This document shows positions 1 through 16,630 of a stretch of DNA of 64,000 nt, piece by piece. The DNA is from the human T2T-CHM13v2.0 reference genome, Homo sapiens. The notes under the pieces are model-generated. The model was given only the letters and a program-made list of their open reading frames with translations, ran no database searches and had not been told where the DNA came from. The stretch lies in assembly GCF_009914755.1 (NCBI RefSeq), contig NC_060933.1, one strand, 5' to 3'. The position numbers and the translations under genes are program-made. Within the stretch, counting starts at the first letter, position 1. Each line of letters begins with the position of its first letter.

Positions 1-288
1 TGATACTAATGTATCAGTTACTTCAACCACACCAATTATATTCACCAATCTTTTTTTATATTTTTGTTTACTAGTTTTATTAATGTTTAAGAGATGAGTA
101 TTTAAATATCTCCCAAAACAACCTATAATTTTTTAATACAGGTATTCGGATATGTATGGTACTATTGTATTACAAGTGTTCATTATATTAAAAATTAATA
201 ATAAAAGAAAAAAGGATCCTTTGATTTTGTTGTTGTTGTTACTGTTGTTAAATAGGCAACAGACTTTTCTTGTTGGATGGTAACCAGA

Positions 289-462
289 ACATATATACAT
301 ATATATATGTATATATAAATATATATACATGTATATATATATGTGTGTGTGTATATACGTATATACACATATATACGTATATGTGTGTATATATGTATAT
401 ACACACATATACGTATATATGTGTATATGTGTGTGTATATATATACATACATATACACACAT
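289..462. repeat. Compound alternating purine-pyrimidine microsatellite (TA/CA/TG/TACG units)
   Basis: Directly visible. It generates the spurious Y/I/H/T-rich ORFs at 133-690. Confidence 0.95.
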
Positions 463-959
463 TACGTCCATCTGCTGTCTTCTTTGCATTCATTTGATCT
501 AGAACAATGGAAGATTAACTCTGCATGTGAATTTCTTAATGGGACTATGGTTTTCAGCTCAGTTTATTATTCTCCTGTGCCTTTGCTTGTTTTCTATTTA
601 TTTATTTTCAAAATTCCAAATGCTGATTATCAACTGAAACTGTACCATTTAATTGAACTTGTTACATTTTCTTCTTTATTTTTTCTTTGAATTCTAAGAG
701 AGTATTCCCAAATTGTCCTTTAACACTGTGCATTTGCTATTACAGTATTTCTATATAATTTTTTAATTATAATAAAGTCAGTTAAAAAAGCTGTAGAGTA
801 TTACAAAGTAATGACTGATATACAATAACTAGTTTAGGAAAATATTACAAATACAAATTTAAGGTATTTTGCATATACTCTATTTACTTCTCAATCCTAG
901 GTTATCTAATATATTAAATTTATTTATCATTGATCATTTTGTTTTCTTATAAATTACAC

Positions 960-1830
960 ATCTGTTGGTGAAAATATCTTTAATTTTACTTCATTCCCAA
1001 ATGATCATTTAATACATAGTCCAAAACTTACAGTTATTATTTCTCAGAACTTTAAAGAAAGAACCTTACCATATTCAGGTTTCTCTTAATGTTCATGAGC
1101 AATTTACTGTCAAAATAACTGTGGTTCAATGACAGATAATCTGCTTTTTCTCTTTGATTTTTCTAAAGTTTTTTTTCTTGATTTTGCTGTTTTTCATCTC
1201 TTCAGTTTTGTTCAATATGCTATTAGACCTGTGTATTGAATTTTTATATAACTGTGAGTTCATTTTTTGAACTTCTATTTTGTTCTTTAAAAATATCGTA
1301 GAGCACTTTTATAATCTTTTGATCTTTGAATTTTTAGTCCTTAAATTATATCTACATTTATGTATACTCATTTTATATTCTGTAGTTGTAAATTCCATAT
1401 TTGAAGTTGTTGGAATTTTATTCTATTGGCTATTTCCGCTAACTTTTCATGATGGTGTCTTTCCACATCTATTTATTAGTTTTTATGCTTACATTAGTAA
1501 TCTTGTCTAAATTTGTGAACATTCTGAGGGGTATCAGGTAAAATACTTTTAGGGAAAGAATTTGCATTTGTTTCTGTGAGGTGCCTCATGACACTTTCAA
1601 ATAAAGACAATTTTAGATTAAATTTTTACGTGGTGGTTTCAGTGACCACATAGATTACAAAATTTAAACCTGAAATTTATTATATAAAGACAGAATATAA
1701 CTACACATTTTCAGATTGGTATATTTTTGTGTTAGGAGGAGGGGGTATTTTTAATAATCAGAGCTGAGCCAATGTCTAATAGGTTATTTTGTAATCTCCC
1801 ATTGCTAGAAGGTATGTCCGGTTTCTTTTA
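960..1830 (-). mobile_element. Ancient L1M/L1ME-type fragment (ORF1 region, antisense), approximate bounds
   Basis: T-rich degenerate similarity to antisense old-L1 ORF1 (e.g. atttctcagaactttaaag...gacagataatctgctttttctctttg). Confidence 0.45.
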
Positions 1831-1929
1831 CTCAAGCCAGTTTCCAAGAATAAAATCTTGCAGAAGTATTAGCTAAAATAGTTACAACTGTAAGTATAGA
1901 TCAATCTGATAAACATTAAATTTATATTT

Positions 1930-2448
1930 TAAGTAGTTTTTATGGCTGCTATAACAAATTACCATAAACCTAGTGGCTTAAGACAACATGAATTTATTAT
2001 CATACAGTTCTAGAATTCAGAAGTCTGAAACTGGTTTCATTGGTCTCAAAGCAAGGTGCTGGAAAGAAAGCATTCATGGATGGAGGCTCTAGGGGATAAT
2101 TGTTTCTATACTTTCTAGCTCCTAGGGCCCTTCAAACTTTTGGCTCTTCCCTCTTGAAAGCCAAGAATGGCACGTTGAGTCTTCACATCACCGCTGTCTT
2201 GCTCTGTCATCACAACCTCTCTGATGTTGACTCACCTGCCTTCTTCCTATAAGGACTATTGTGATTAGATTGGACCCATCTGGATATTACAGAATACTAT
2301 CTTGTACCAAGTTCAGCTAATTCCTTTAAGGTAAGCTTTATTCCATCTACCCACTTTATTCTTTTTAATCAAGTGACCTTACATATTCACAGGTTTGGGG
2401 ATTAGGATATGAACATACGGGGGTGGGGGCATTATTATGCATAACACA
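1930..2448 (-). mobile_element. MaLR solo LTR, MLT1D/MLT1C-like
   Basis: Begins gctgctataacaaattaccataaacctagtggcttaagacaac and ends catattcacaggtttggggattaggatatgaacat...ggcattattatgcataacaca, matching the reverse complement of the MLT1D consensus termini. Confidence 0.85.
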
Positions 2449-2562
2449 GTATTTATAATGAAAACAACTAAAAATAATTTTCTTGCAAAATTGTACATGA
2501 CTAACTTGTAACAATTCTGTCTGAAGAATTAGTGTTTTTTAATGTTAAAAATTCTGGACATA

Positions 2563-3585
2563 AAAGATGGCCAAATAGGAACAGTTCCAGTCTACAGCTC
2601 CCAGCGTGAGCAACCCAGAAGACGGATGATTTCTGCATTTCCAACTGAGGTACCAGATTCATCTCACTGGGGACTGTCGAACAGTGGGTGCACGACAGTG
2701 GGTGCAGCGCACCAAGCATGAGCCAAAGCAGGGCGAGGCATCGCCTCACCTGGGAAGTGCAAGGGATCAGGGAATTCCCTTTTCCTAGCCAAGGAAAGCG
2801 GTGACAGACGGCATCTGGAAAATCGAGTCACTGCCACCCTAATACTGTGCTTTTCCAATGGTCTTAGCAAAAGGCACACCAGGAGATTATATCCCGCGCC
2901 TGGCTTGGAGGGTCCTATGCCCATGGAGCCTCACTCATTGCTAGCACAGCAGTCTGAGATTGAACTTCAAGGAGGTGGCGAGGCTGGGGGAGGGGTGCCT
3001 GCCATTGCTGAGGCTTGAGTAGGTAAACAAAGTGGCTAGCCAGGAAGCTCGAACTGGGTCGTGGCCACCACAGCTCAAGGAGGCCTGCCTGTCTCTGTAC
3101 ACTCCACCTCTGGGGGCAGGGCATAGCCAAACAAAAGACTGCAGAAACCTCTGCAGACTTAAATGTCCCTCTCTGACAGCTTCGAAGACGGTAGTGGTTC
3201 TCCCAGCACAGAACTGGAGATCTGAGAACAGACAAACTGCTTCCTCAAGTGGGTCCCTGACCCCCGAGTAGCCTAACTGGGAGGCACCACCCCAGTAGGG
3301 GCAGACTGACACCTCACACGGCCAGGTACCCCTCTGAGACAAAACTTCCAGAGGAACGATCAGGCAGCAACACTTGCTGTTCACCAATATTCGCTGTTCT
3401 GCAGCCTCTGCTGCTGATACCCAGGCAAAGAGGGTCTGGAGTGGACCTCCAGTAAACTCCAACAGACCTGCAGCTGAGGGTCCTGACTGTTAGAAGGAAA
3501 ACTAACAAACAGAAAGGACATCAAAACCAAAGCCCCATCTGAACGTCACCATCATCAAAGACCAAAGGTAGATAAAACCACAAAG
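2563..3585 (+). promoter_or_regulatory. L1 5'UTR internal sense/antisense promoter region (YY1 core AAGATGGCC at 5' end, RUNX3-like and SOX-like sites, retained ~129-bp ZNF93-target segment)
   Basis: Colinear with the primate L1 5'UTR. Many CpGs have decayed to TpG/CpA. Activity cannot be inferred from sequence. Confidence 0.8.
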
Positions 3586-4602
3586 ATGGGGAATAAACAG
3601 AGCAGAAAAACTGCAAATTCTAAAAATCAGAGTGCCTCACCTCCTCCAAAGGAACACAGCTCCTCACCAGCAACGGAACAAAGCGTGACAGAGAATGAAT
3701 TTGACTAGTTGAGAGAAGAAGGCTTCAGATGAACAAACTACTCCAAGCTAAAGGAGGAAGTTCGAACCCATGGCAAAGAAGTTAAAAACCTTGAAAAAAG
3801 GTTAGATGAATGGCTAACTAGAATAACCCATGCAGAGAAGTCCTTAAAGGACCTGATGGAGCGGAAAACCGTGGCACGAGAACTACGTGACAAATGCAGA
3901 AGCCTCAGTAGCTGATTCAATCAACTGGAAGAAAGGGTATCAGTGATGGAAGATCAAATGAATGAAATGAAGCGAGAAGAGAAGTTTAGAGAAAAAAGAA
4001 TAGAAAGAAACAAACAAAGCCTCCAAGAAATATGGGACTCTGTGAAAAGAACAAATCTACGTCTGATCGGTGTACCTGAAAGTGACGGGGAGAATGGAAC
4101 CAAGTTGGAAAGCACTCTGCAGGATATTATCCAGGAGAACTTCCCCAATCTAGCAAGGCAGGCCCACATTCAGATTCAGGAAATACAGAGAATGCCACAA
4201 AGATACTCCTCGAGAAGAGCAACTCCAAGACACATAATTGTCAGATTCACCAAAGTTGAAATGAAGGAAAAAATGTTAAGGGCAGCCAGAGAGAAAGGTT
4301 GGGTTACCCACAAAGGGAAGCCCATCAGACTAACAGCTGATCTCTCCACAGAAACTCTACAAGCCAGAAGAGATTGGGGGCCAATATTCAACATTCTTAA
4401 AGCAAAGAATTTTCAACCCAGAATTTCATATCCGGCCAAACTAACCTTCATAAGTGAAGGAGAAATAAAATCCTTTACAGACAAGCAAATGCTGAGAGAT
4501 TTTGTCACCACCAGACCTGCCCTACAAGAGCTCCTGAAGGAAGCACTAAACATGGAAAGGAACAACCAGTACCAGCCACTGCAAAAACATGACAAATTGT
4601 AA
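3586..4602 (+). pseudogene. L1 ORF1p (338 codons, frame preserved, three premature stops at 3706, 3730, 3913)
   Basis: ATG GGG AAT AAA CAG at 3586 to TAA at 4600-4602 spans 1017 bp. Track ORF 3943-4602 gives the RRM/CTD part (RLIGVPESDGENG...YPAKLTF). Confidence 0.95.
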
Positions 4603-4665
4603 AGACCATCGAGGCTAGGAAGAAACTACATCAACTAACGGGCAAAATAACCAGCTAACATCATA

Positions 4666-8484
<3,819 letters not shown>

Positions 8485-9199
8485 ACAATGAGAACACTTG
8501 GACACAGGAAGGGGAACATCACACACCACACCTGTTGTGGGGTGGGGGGAGGGGGAAGGGATAGCATTAGGAGATACACACAATGTAAATGACGAGTTAA
8601 TGGGTGCAGCACACCAAAATGGCACATGTATGTGTGTGTATATATATATATATATATATGTAACAAACCTGCACGTTGTGCACATGTACCCTAGAACTTA
8701 GAGTATAATAATAAAAAAAAAGTTCTCGACAGTTTTCATCTGCTGTATCACAGTGACTTTCTATTCAGTGCAGTGTATTATATTATATAAGTGAACAAAT
8801 AATATGACCCCAAATAAATTAGATTTATTTTTACATTGTTGATTGCTTTAATACTTAACTATGACAGTGTACTGGCAGGATAATGTACATATTAGTCAAA
8901 CTATTGCACACATTTTGCAAAATTAACAAATCATACAGTGAAACTTCTCTACTAAAAAATTTAGAATTTCGTACTTCTAATAAATCATATGCTAATAGCC
9001 AATTTAATCTGCTGTACTATGCAACTATACCACTTTTGATCAGAAGAATCAGTAAGAATAATAATTGATGTAGAATCAAGAATTCTTTTCATAGCTTTGT
9101 CCTTGAAATGAGCTTTAGTTTCCTTATTTTCAAAGGCCAAAGTATTTGTATATCTGAGTCTAGAATGTGGAATACAATTTCTTCTCCCAGTTCTACTGT

Positions 9200-9530
9200 A
9201 AGCATCTCAATTCCAATCACCATGAAGTACAATAACCACTAACTGCTCACCCATCTCCCATCATTATCTCCTATCTTATTTTCAACACAATAGCCCACAT
9301 TATCCTCTAGAAGTGCAAGTCAGTTGGGTATAATTCCTCTGTTTCAAATTTTCCAAAGATTCCAATATTTCAGGAAAATACAAACCAGGCGGTTTAGAGT
9401 GACGTGATGTTTCTTCCATCTTCTACTTCTCTGACCTTGCCACTTAACTGTTCACTCAATCCGATCCACAAACACTGCCTTGATTACTATTCTTCCTACA
9501 CTCCAGACATATTCCTATTTTAGGGAAGGC
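9200..9530 (+). mobile_element. L2 LINE fragment
   Basis: Degenerate match to the L2 3' region (caacacaatagcccacattatcctctagaagtgcaagtcag...cctctgtttcaaattttccaaag). Confidence 0.55.
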
Positions 9531-11034
9531 CAAATACAGTTAATGAGAAGCAAGGTCAAAATTAAAATTAATCTGCTCAATGATAAAAAAGTATATTAAA
9601 TTGCCTCATTTTTGCCTCGATTGTCCTCCCAACCTGTCCCTGCTTGTTCTATTTAAGAAAAATTTATAATATACCGATTCTGAATCCCTGGCCTGCATTC
9701 TTCCTATCCCTCATATCTGTCACCATTTGATACCTGTGTAGGACCATCCAGGCCAGAAGCAGAAATGTTTGAAGAGCTCTAGACTACCTCTTTGCATGTC
9801 AGCATCAAATTCCCTTTCTTGTATTCTTGCTCCAACCTTGTATCCTAGATCTCCTAAGTGGGATTCTGCCTTATTTCTAATAATCACTGTATGCCCCCGT
9901 TTTGCTTATTGGATTCTAATTTTGGTATCGCATCCCCGGTTCTGAGGAGTGACCTCTTTCTTGTTTATTGGAACTGAGGAACTTAAGTCCTGCTCTGAGA
10001 TGTGATCACTAGGACAGAACCAAGTTTTCTTGCTAATGAACTTGGTGAATGCCTTTCTTTCTGTTTTACTTTACTTTCTCTTGGACTATCCATTCCTTTG
10101 GGGGACCTTCCCATAATGCTGCCACACATTTTAGATTGTCATCTACTGGATGGGCAAGGTTCCTTTCAGCTCCCATAAGTTTTTCATGTTATTCACATCC
10201 TCTTCCTTCAGTGGACAGATCCAGTTTCTTACTTGACTCATCTTCCTCTGTTTTCTTCTCCTGGAATTAATAAGGCCATTCACATCAGTTTTGCTTTCAA
10301 TAAGTGCAACAAAACAGGAAAATCTGCCTTTTTTTCAGGTTCTAAAATGTGTTGGCTATCTTTTTTAAAAAAATTTTAAAATGTGTTGGCTATTTTTTGT
10401 GACATTTTTAAATCTACATTTTCAAAATATGTTGTTAGGGCATAATGCATATTATACATTTTGCAGAAATTGTATTAAGATATAGCAATTATGTTTTTAT
10501 ATCAATAGAATGCACAAATGATGCAGGTTTTTAGGTTACCCCTTTTATTATATGAGATTTCCTGAAAAGACCATCAATTGAGTCACCACCTTTCATACAA
10601 TTAATACATATTAAAATAGAAAGTGGTAATAATAAGACCAATAAATGAATAAAAATGTAAGTTCTTGCAAAGTACATCTTTGAATGTGCATGTGTACCTG
10701 TAGTAATAAGACCATATCTCTCCATCGCCCATTAAATGTCAGAGCAAGTGTTTAAGTGTCATTATTCTTAGATATTGCCATTACATGAAAATGGGTTTTA
10801 AAAAGTAAATATGAATCATTTTACATAAGGAATAATTATACATGTATTTTGCTTCCAGTAATGCCACCATATACTCACTAATAAAAAGTACAGTATATTA
10901 AGCATGATGATTTTGTATTTTTATGCAAAGAAAACCCACATGTGTCTATGCCAGCTTTTATTGCTACTCCCAACCCTTTGTCTGGATGAGAAAACTTAAG
11001 TGTGGTTAATAATCCAAGTAGGGTGTTCCATAGA

Positions 11035-11140
11035 TATTTATTTTAAAAATATTTATTGGATGCTTATAATATTCCACTCACTGAAGATAGAGTAATAATC
11101 AGACAAGATGAACATCTCTGCTCTCCTGGAATTTTTATGA
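11035..11140 (-). mobile_element. L2 3'-end fragment
   Basis: aaatatttattggatgcttataat...agacaagatgaacatctctgctctcctgga resembles the antisense L2 tail. Confidence 0.55.
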
Positions 11141-11230
11141 GTGGAATAGTGGAAAAAGGACTGAGAACGTCTGTGTTTTAGAACTGCTTCTTCTACTTAC
11201 TAGCTGTGTGCCCTTGTCTAGAACACCTGC
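11141..11230 (+). mobile_element. MIR SINE fragment
   Basis: gtggaatagtggaaaaag...ctacttactagctgtgtgcccttg matches the MIR core. Confidence 0.55.
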
Positions 11231-13303
11231 ATTACCTCAGCAAACACTGATATAAAAATTTTGAACCCTATGCTTTTGTAAGTGCTTCATTTTAGTCTCT
11301 CTGTCCACCTAGATTGCATTTTATCTTATTGCTTATAGGCTTTATTCACATGGCAGGATAGATGATCATAATAGCAAATTTTACACACTACATAATCTGC
11401 CACTAGAAAAGTCTGTTCCCAACACTGATACACGTTCAAAAATTCTAGGGAAGAGAATCACTGGCCTGGCTGAAGCCAAGTGCCAATGTCTAGCCTAATA
11501 AAACACAACCAAGGGTAGGTACATGCAAAAATATGTCATTCTTCGTGATGGTTATGTGAATGGGATGGAAAGAGGGAGGTCCTAAGGGATTGAGGTCCCA
11601 GGTAGACAATCCAAAGATATGTCTACTATAAAGAATACGGGTATAGTAGAGAAATATAAGCACGATTTAACCTCTCTTGCTCATCCTAATGAAATATTGT
11701 GAGAAAAAATGAGTTCCAATTAATACACAATAAACTAAATTCATTTGAGCTTATTTAGATATTGTTTGTATGCACTCCTGAAGAAATAGAAGAATTACAT
11801 TCTATAGTAAAGGCTAAGGATGGATGTGATTCCTTGTAATGAATCCTATCATAGCCTATAGAGCATTGTGAGAAGCAGTGAAGATGTGATTACTTTCAGT
11901 CATTGGGAAAGATTATCTTCCAGTATTTCTCACATTCAAACTTACAGGCAATCTGGAAATAAAATAATAGATACAGTAAGTGACATCTATTTATATTCAG
12001 GCAAACTATTATTAATGTAGATATATTTTAAAGGTTGTACACTTTAGAGAACAGCACTAGAGATTTATCAATGTTTTACTCTTGAACACATTTTATATCC
12101 TCAAGGGAACAACTGATCAAGTCTTTACAAAAGACTTTTTATTGTATCCCAGTAAATAATTTTACTGTCTTCCATTCTGATATTATTAGTTACCGTAATA
12201 ATCACAGCGTTTCAATTTTACCATTAAAATAGTTTCTGCTTTCCTCTCATGTTTGTCTGAAAGTTCTTTATAAGTTATGAAGTGAAAACTGACCTCCAGT
12301 AAAAATCCATCACAGATCCTCAGGGAAAGTTCTGTACCTGGTACTCCTAAAAGTTGATGCTTCAAAGACTAGAGTATTGGGATCTGTACTGGCATTGCGC
12401 TGCTTAGAAAATTTTCAGACAATACCAGGAGACTGAGGATTATCAGAACTCTTTTTAGATCAGAAACAAATATAATTAATGAAAGTAAACTGCCAACCTG
12501 AGATCTAGAGGAACAACATTGGTCATTCAGGACTGAATAAACTGATGAAGGAAATTCTAGTGTGTTTTCTTTGTTGAAATTGTTGGCATTGTTTAATGTT
12601 CTCTTTTCTGATAGACATATGAGTAAACCATTACTTTTATTTATCTCTAACTCCTGATTTAATAAATTATACTCTTCCAAAATTAAATAAAACATGTTAA
12701 TGATACTCAATTCTTACTAACTCCTCAAAAATCAGAAACAAATACTTTTGCGGAGGTAGCAATATTTTCATAATATGGTTTATTTATGTAAGTTCCATAA
12801 GCATAGTGATAGGATTAGACCAACTGATGGTGAGACCAAGGTCGAACTTGTGTCATATTTGAGAATGAATTTTATATCATTTAATCAGGCATTACTAAAT
12901 ACCAGATTATTAAAGAACAAGGGTGTTACTTCATTTGTGGAGACAATGTCCATAAGCCCTTATTTGGATGCCTGAACACTGGCTGAACTTGACTTGCAAA
13001 GAAAGACTGTGCCTGCCTCAGCAGCTGCCTGAAGTACCCATGTGACATATTTTGGAAGTGCAGGGCATTTGGCCATTGAGTGTTGGGAGGGTGAAAGTAT
13101 CCAGTGGCTGAATCACTTGCCTTTCCTTCACCAGTACATTGCTGTGACTTATAGGTCCACGGGACTCCTCTAAAGATGACAAAACATGTGGACATTGAGC
13201 TCTTTGTTACAAAGTTACCACCACCTCAGTAAAAAATTAATAAACCCACTTCTATTTATTTCCAATGAATACATTTATAAATAAATGTAAAAATACAAAA
13301 AAA

Positions 13304-13641
<338 letters not shown>

Positions 13642-14644
13642 TTAAACCCAAGGATAAAGAATAATAAAAAATTTAAAGTAGATATGGTTTAAAAAGAAGA
13701 CTTCATATGCATGTGCAATCATCTCTTCCCTGGTCAAGGATAGCTAAAATACGTAGTAATGTTAAATTTTAAGGTAATTTTTAGCTTTAATCAAAAAATG
13801 TTGGTATTTTATCAAGCGGCCAGACTGAATCTTCAATTACAAGGGTAAAGGAACAGCATGAGATAAAATAACTGCCCCCCTCCTACCACAAGATAGTTAA
13901 AAAATTGGATAAGATCCTATTTCCTGGGCATCTTGCTAATTCAGAGGAAAGGGGCCATTTAGACAAGGAAAGAAAGCAAATATCTGCATCAAACTAAAAT
14001 TTATTTATTTTTAATGTTAAAGTTTTCTGTCAAGAAAAGAGAGGTATCTTGACATATAAATATTCAATCTGGGGCTTTCATTAACTTTTTTCCTAAGAAA
14101 CTTTTGAAATATTTACCTTGTCTTCTGTATGTGCAACCCTAACATGAGAAAGGCACTGTATATGCAGAAGCGGATGCTAGTAGCATATCTGACAGTGATT
14201 TGTTTAAAATTATTATTAAAAGTGATTATTCTCCAATGTCTTTGACAGAAACACACTCTTTTGTCTAGGCCATACATGGTTAAAAAATTAAGGTAGTACT
14301 GTACATAATCTTTGTATTAGAAGAAATAATGCCATTAGAAAAACCATATTATGCGATTTTACAATTTTTAAGTTCTATCTCCAGACCCACTGTCTACTTG
14401 CTCCTTTGCTCTCTTTACTACTTTATTTGTCCAAGTTTACAGGCAACGAAATCAATCCATTCAGCATCCAACTATTGGATTTGACTTCTTTATACTTTGA
14501 TTATGCAATATGCTATTAATACAAGCATCTCTTTTTATCTGCATCCAAATAATTAAGCCTACTTAGCATTCCCTGGAAACTCCTTAGCAGAGTCCCTTTA
14601 TCTATGAGTTTCCTCATAAGCAACCCTGATTACACATACTCTAC

Positions 14645-14836
14645 CTTAGTTTTTTTTCCAAGTGTTCCTGGGGATAAAAATTACCTGAGGTATTTCTGAA
14701 AACAAATTCCCAAGCTCCATGTCAGTTCCACTACATAAAATCTCTATATCTCAAGATAGGTTCATAAAATAATGTATATTTAATAAAGCATTTCAAGCAA
14801 GTGTTTTACATTTGGCAAATCTGAGGAGACAATGCT
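14645..14836. mobile_element. MER5-like hAT-Charlie DNA transposon relic
   Basis: ttacctgaggtatttctgaaaacaaattcccaagctcc...tgtatatttaataaagc...ggcaaatctgaggagacaatg resembles MER5A/B. Confidence 0.45.
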
Positions 14837-15951
14837 CTGATCTGTTACCTCCTCTCCATTTCTTTTGTACTGGTTCTCTCTTCTGTTACTGTAGTTGCCA
14901 ATTAACTTTTTAAATTTTTACTGTAATCTCTCCTCTTCTAATATATTATACACAACATAGTCAATTTTTTGTATACACTCATATCAAAAATCTTTGATAT
15001 CATGTTATTACTAAGATAGTAAATAAATGTATTTAATGTAACAAATAAACATAGCCACAGTCTGATCTCATGTTGCCTTTTAACCTTTCTTTTCTACCAC
15101 GTTCCTGTGCATACTGTATTACTATTACCTTATACCATTTGCAGAATACATTTTGCCTGCCACATGGCTATATTTTGTGACTATGGTTATTTTCTCTGAT
15201 TGGATTGTCCTTCTCACCACACATCCTCTCTATTAAGACACTACTTCAAAATCTCTATAAATACCTCATCTCCTCAATTAAGTGCACCCTCCCTCGCAAT
15301 CTACCAATTCTTCCTCAGTCTGTGCAAATTTCAGTTTTGAGCCTTTTCTGAATAGACTGATGACAGAGAGAGAGAGATAAAGAGAGAGAGAGAGAATTTG
15401 TCTCTTCCACATTATTATAGGAGCCTTGGAGGGAGGGTGATTACATTTCTTTGTTGTGCTTTTCCGTAAGTATTCAGTACAACATCTACAGATGCAAGTG
15501 ATATGTAAATGCTTCTTAAAATCATAACTGAATGGGTGGGCAAAAACAAACATTTCAAGAATCACCTGAAATGTTTTAGTTTTAATATACCCACTTTATT
15601 TGGATGCACTTTCTTTGAAATATTTCCACATTGGGTTGGTCCTCCCACCTTGCCACTTTACTCTTGCCCTCTTGGCCTCCTAACCTCTATCTTCCACCTC
15701 CTCCTAATTTTTCCTCAGTCTCTGCCAGCCATTGCTAATACCTTGATGTTGTCTGAACATTATCAAACTAGATCCTTTGACAAGGTTCTTAAAATAACTT
15801 GTTTAAATGGGAAGATAAATTTGAAGGCTGATCTGCTGTTTGTGAAATGCTGTAATGCACATTGTTTTGTATGAAGCAGATAGCTGATCTAGTAGCTTTT
15901 GATGCTTGCTTACTTACAGAATGCTTTAGAATAACAGTATCCTAACCCTCA

Positions 15952-16630
<679 letters not shown>

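Noticed and set aside
133-690. Five overlapping ORFs rich in Y/I/H/T/C/V
   Set aside because: Artefacts of the stop-poor alternating microsatellite.
12369-12710. 113-aa minus-strand ORF as a single-exon gene
   Set aside because: Non-ATG start, AT-rich composition and no recognisable domain. Only an internal segment is kept as a weak exon candidate.
15826-15884. Possible pre-miRNA hairpin (atctgct...agcagat)
   Set aside because: Only the outer ~10 bp pair, and the stem is too poor.
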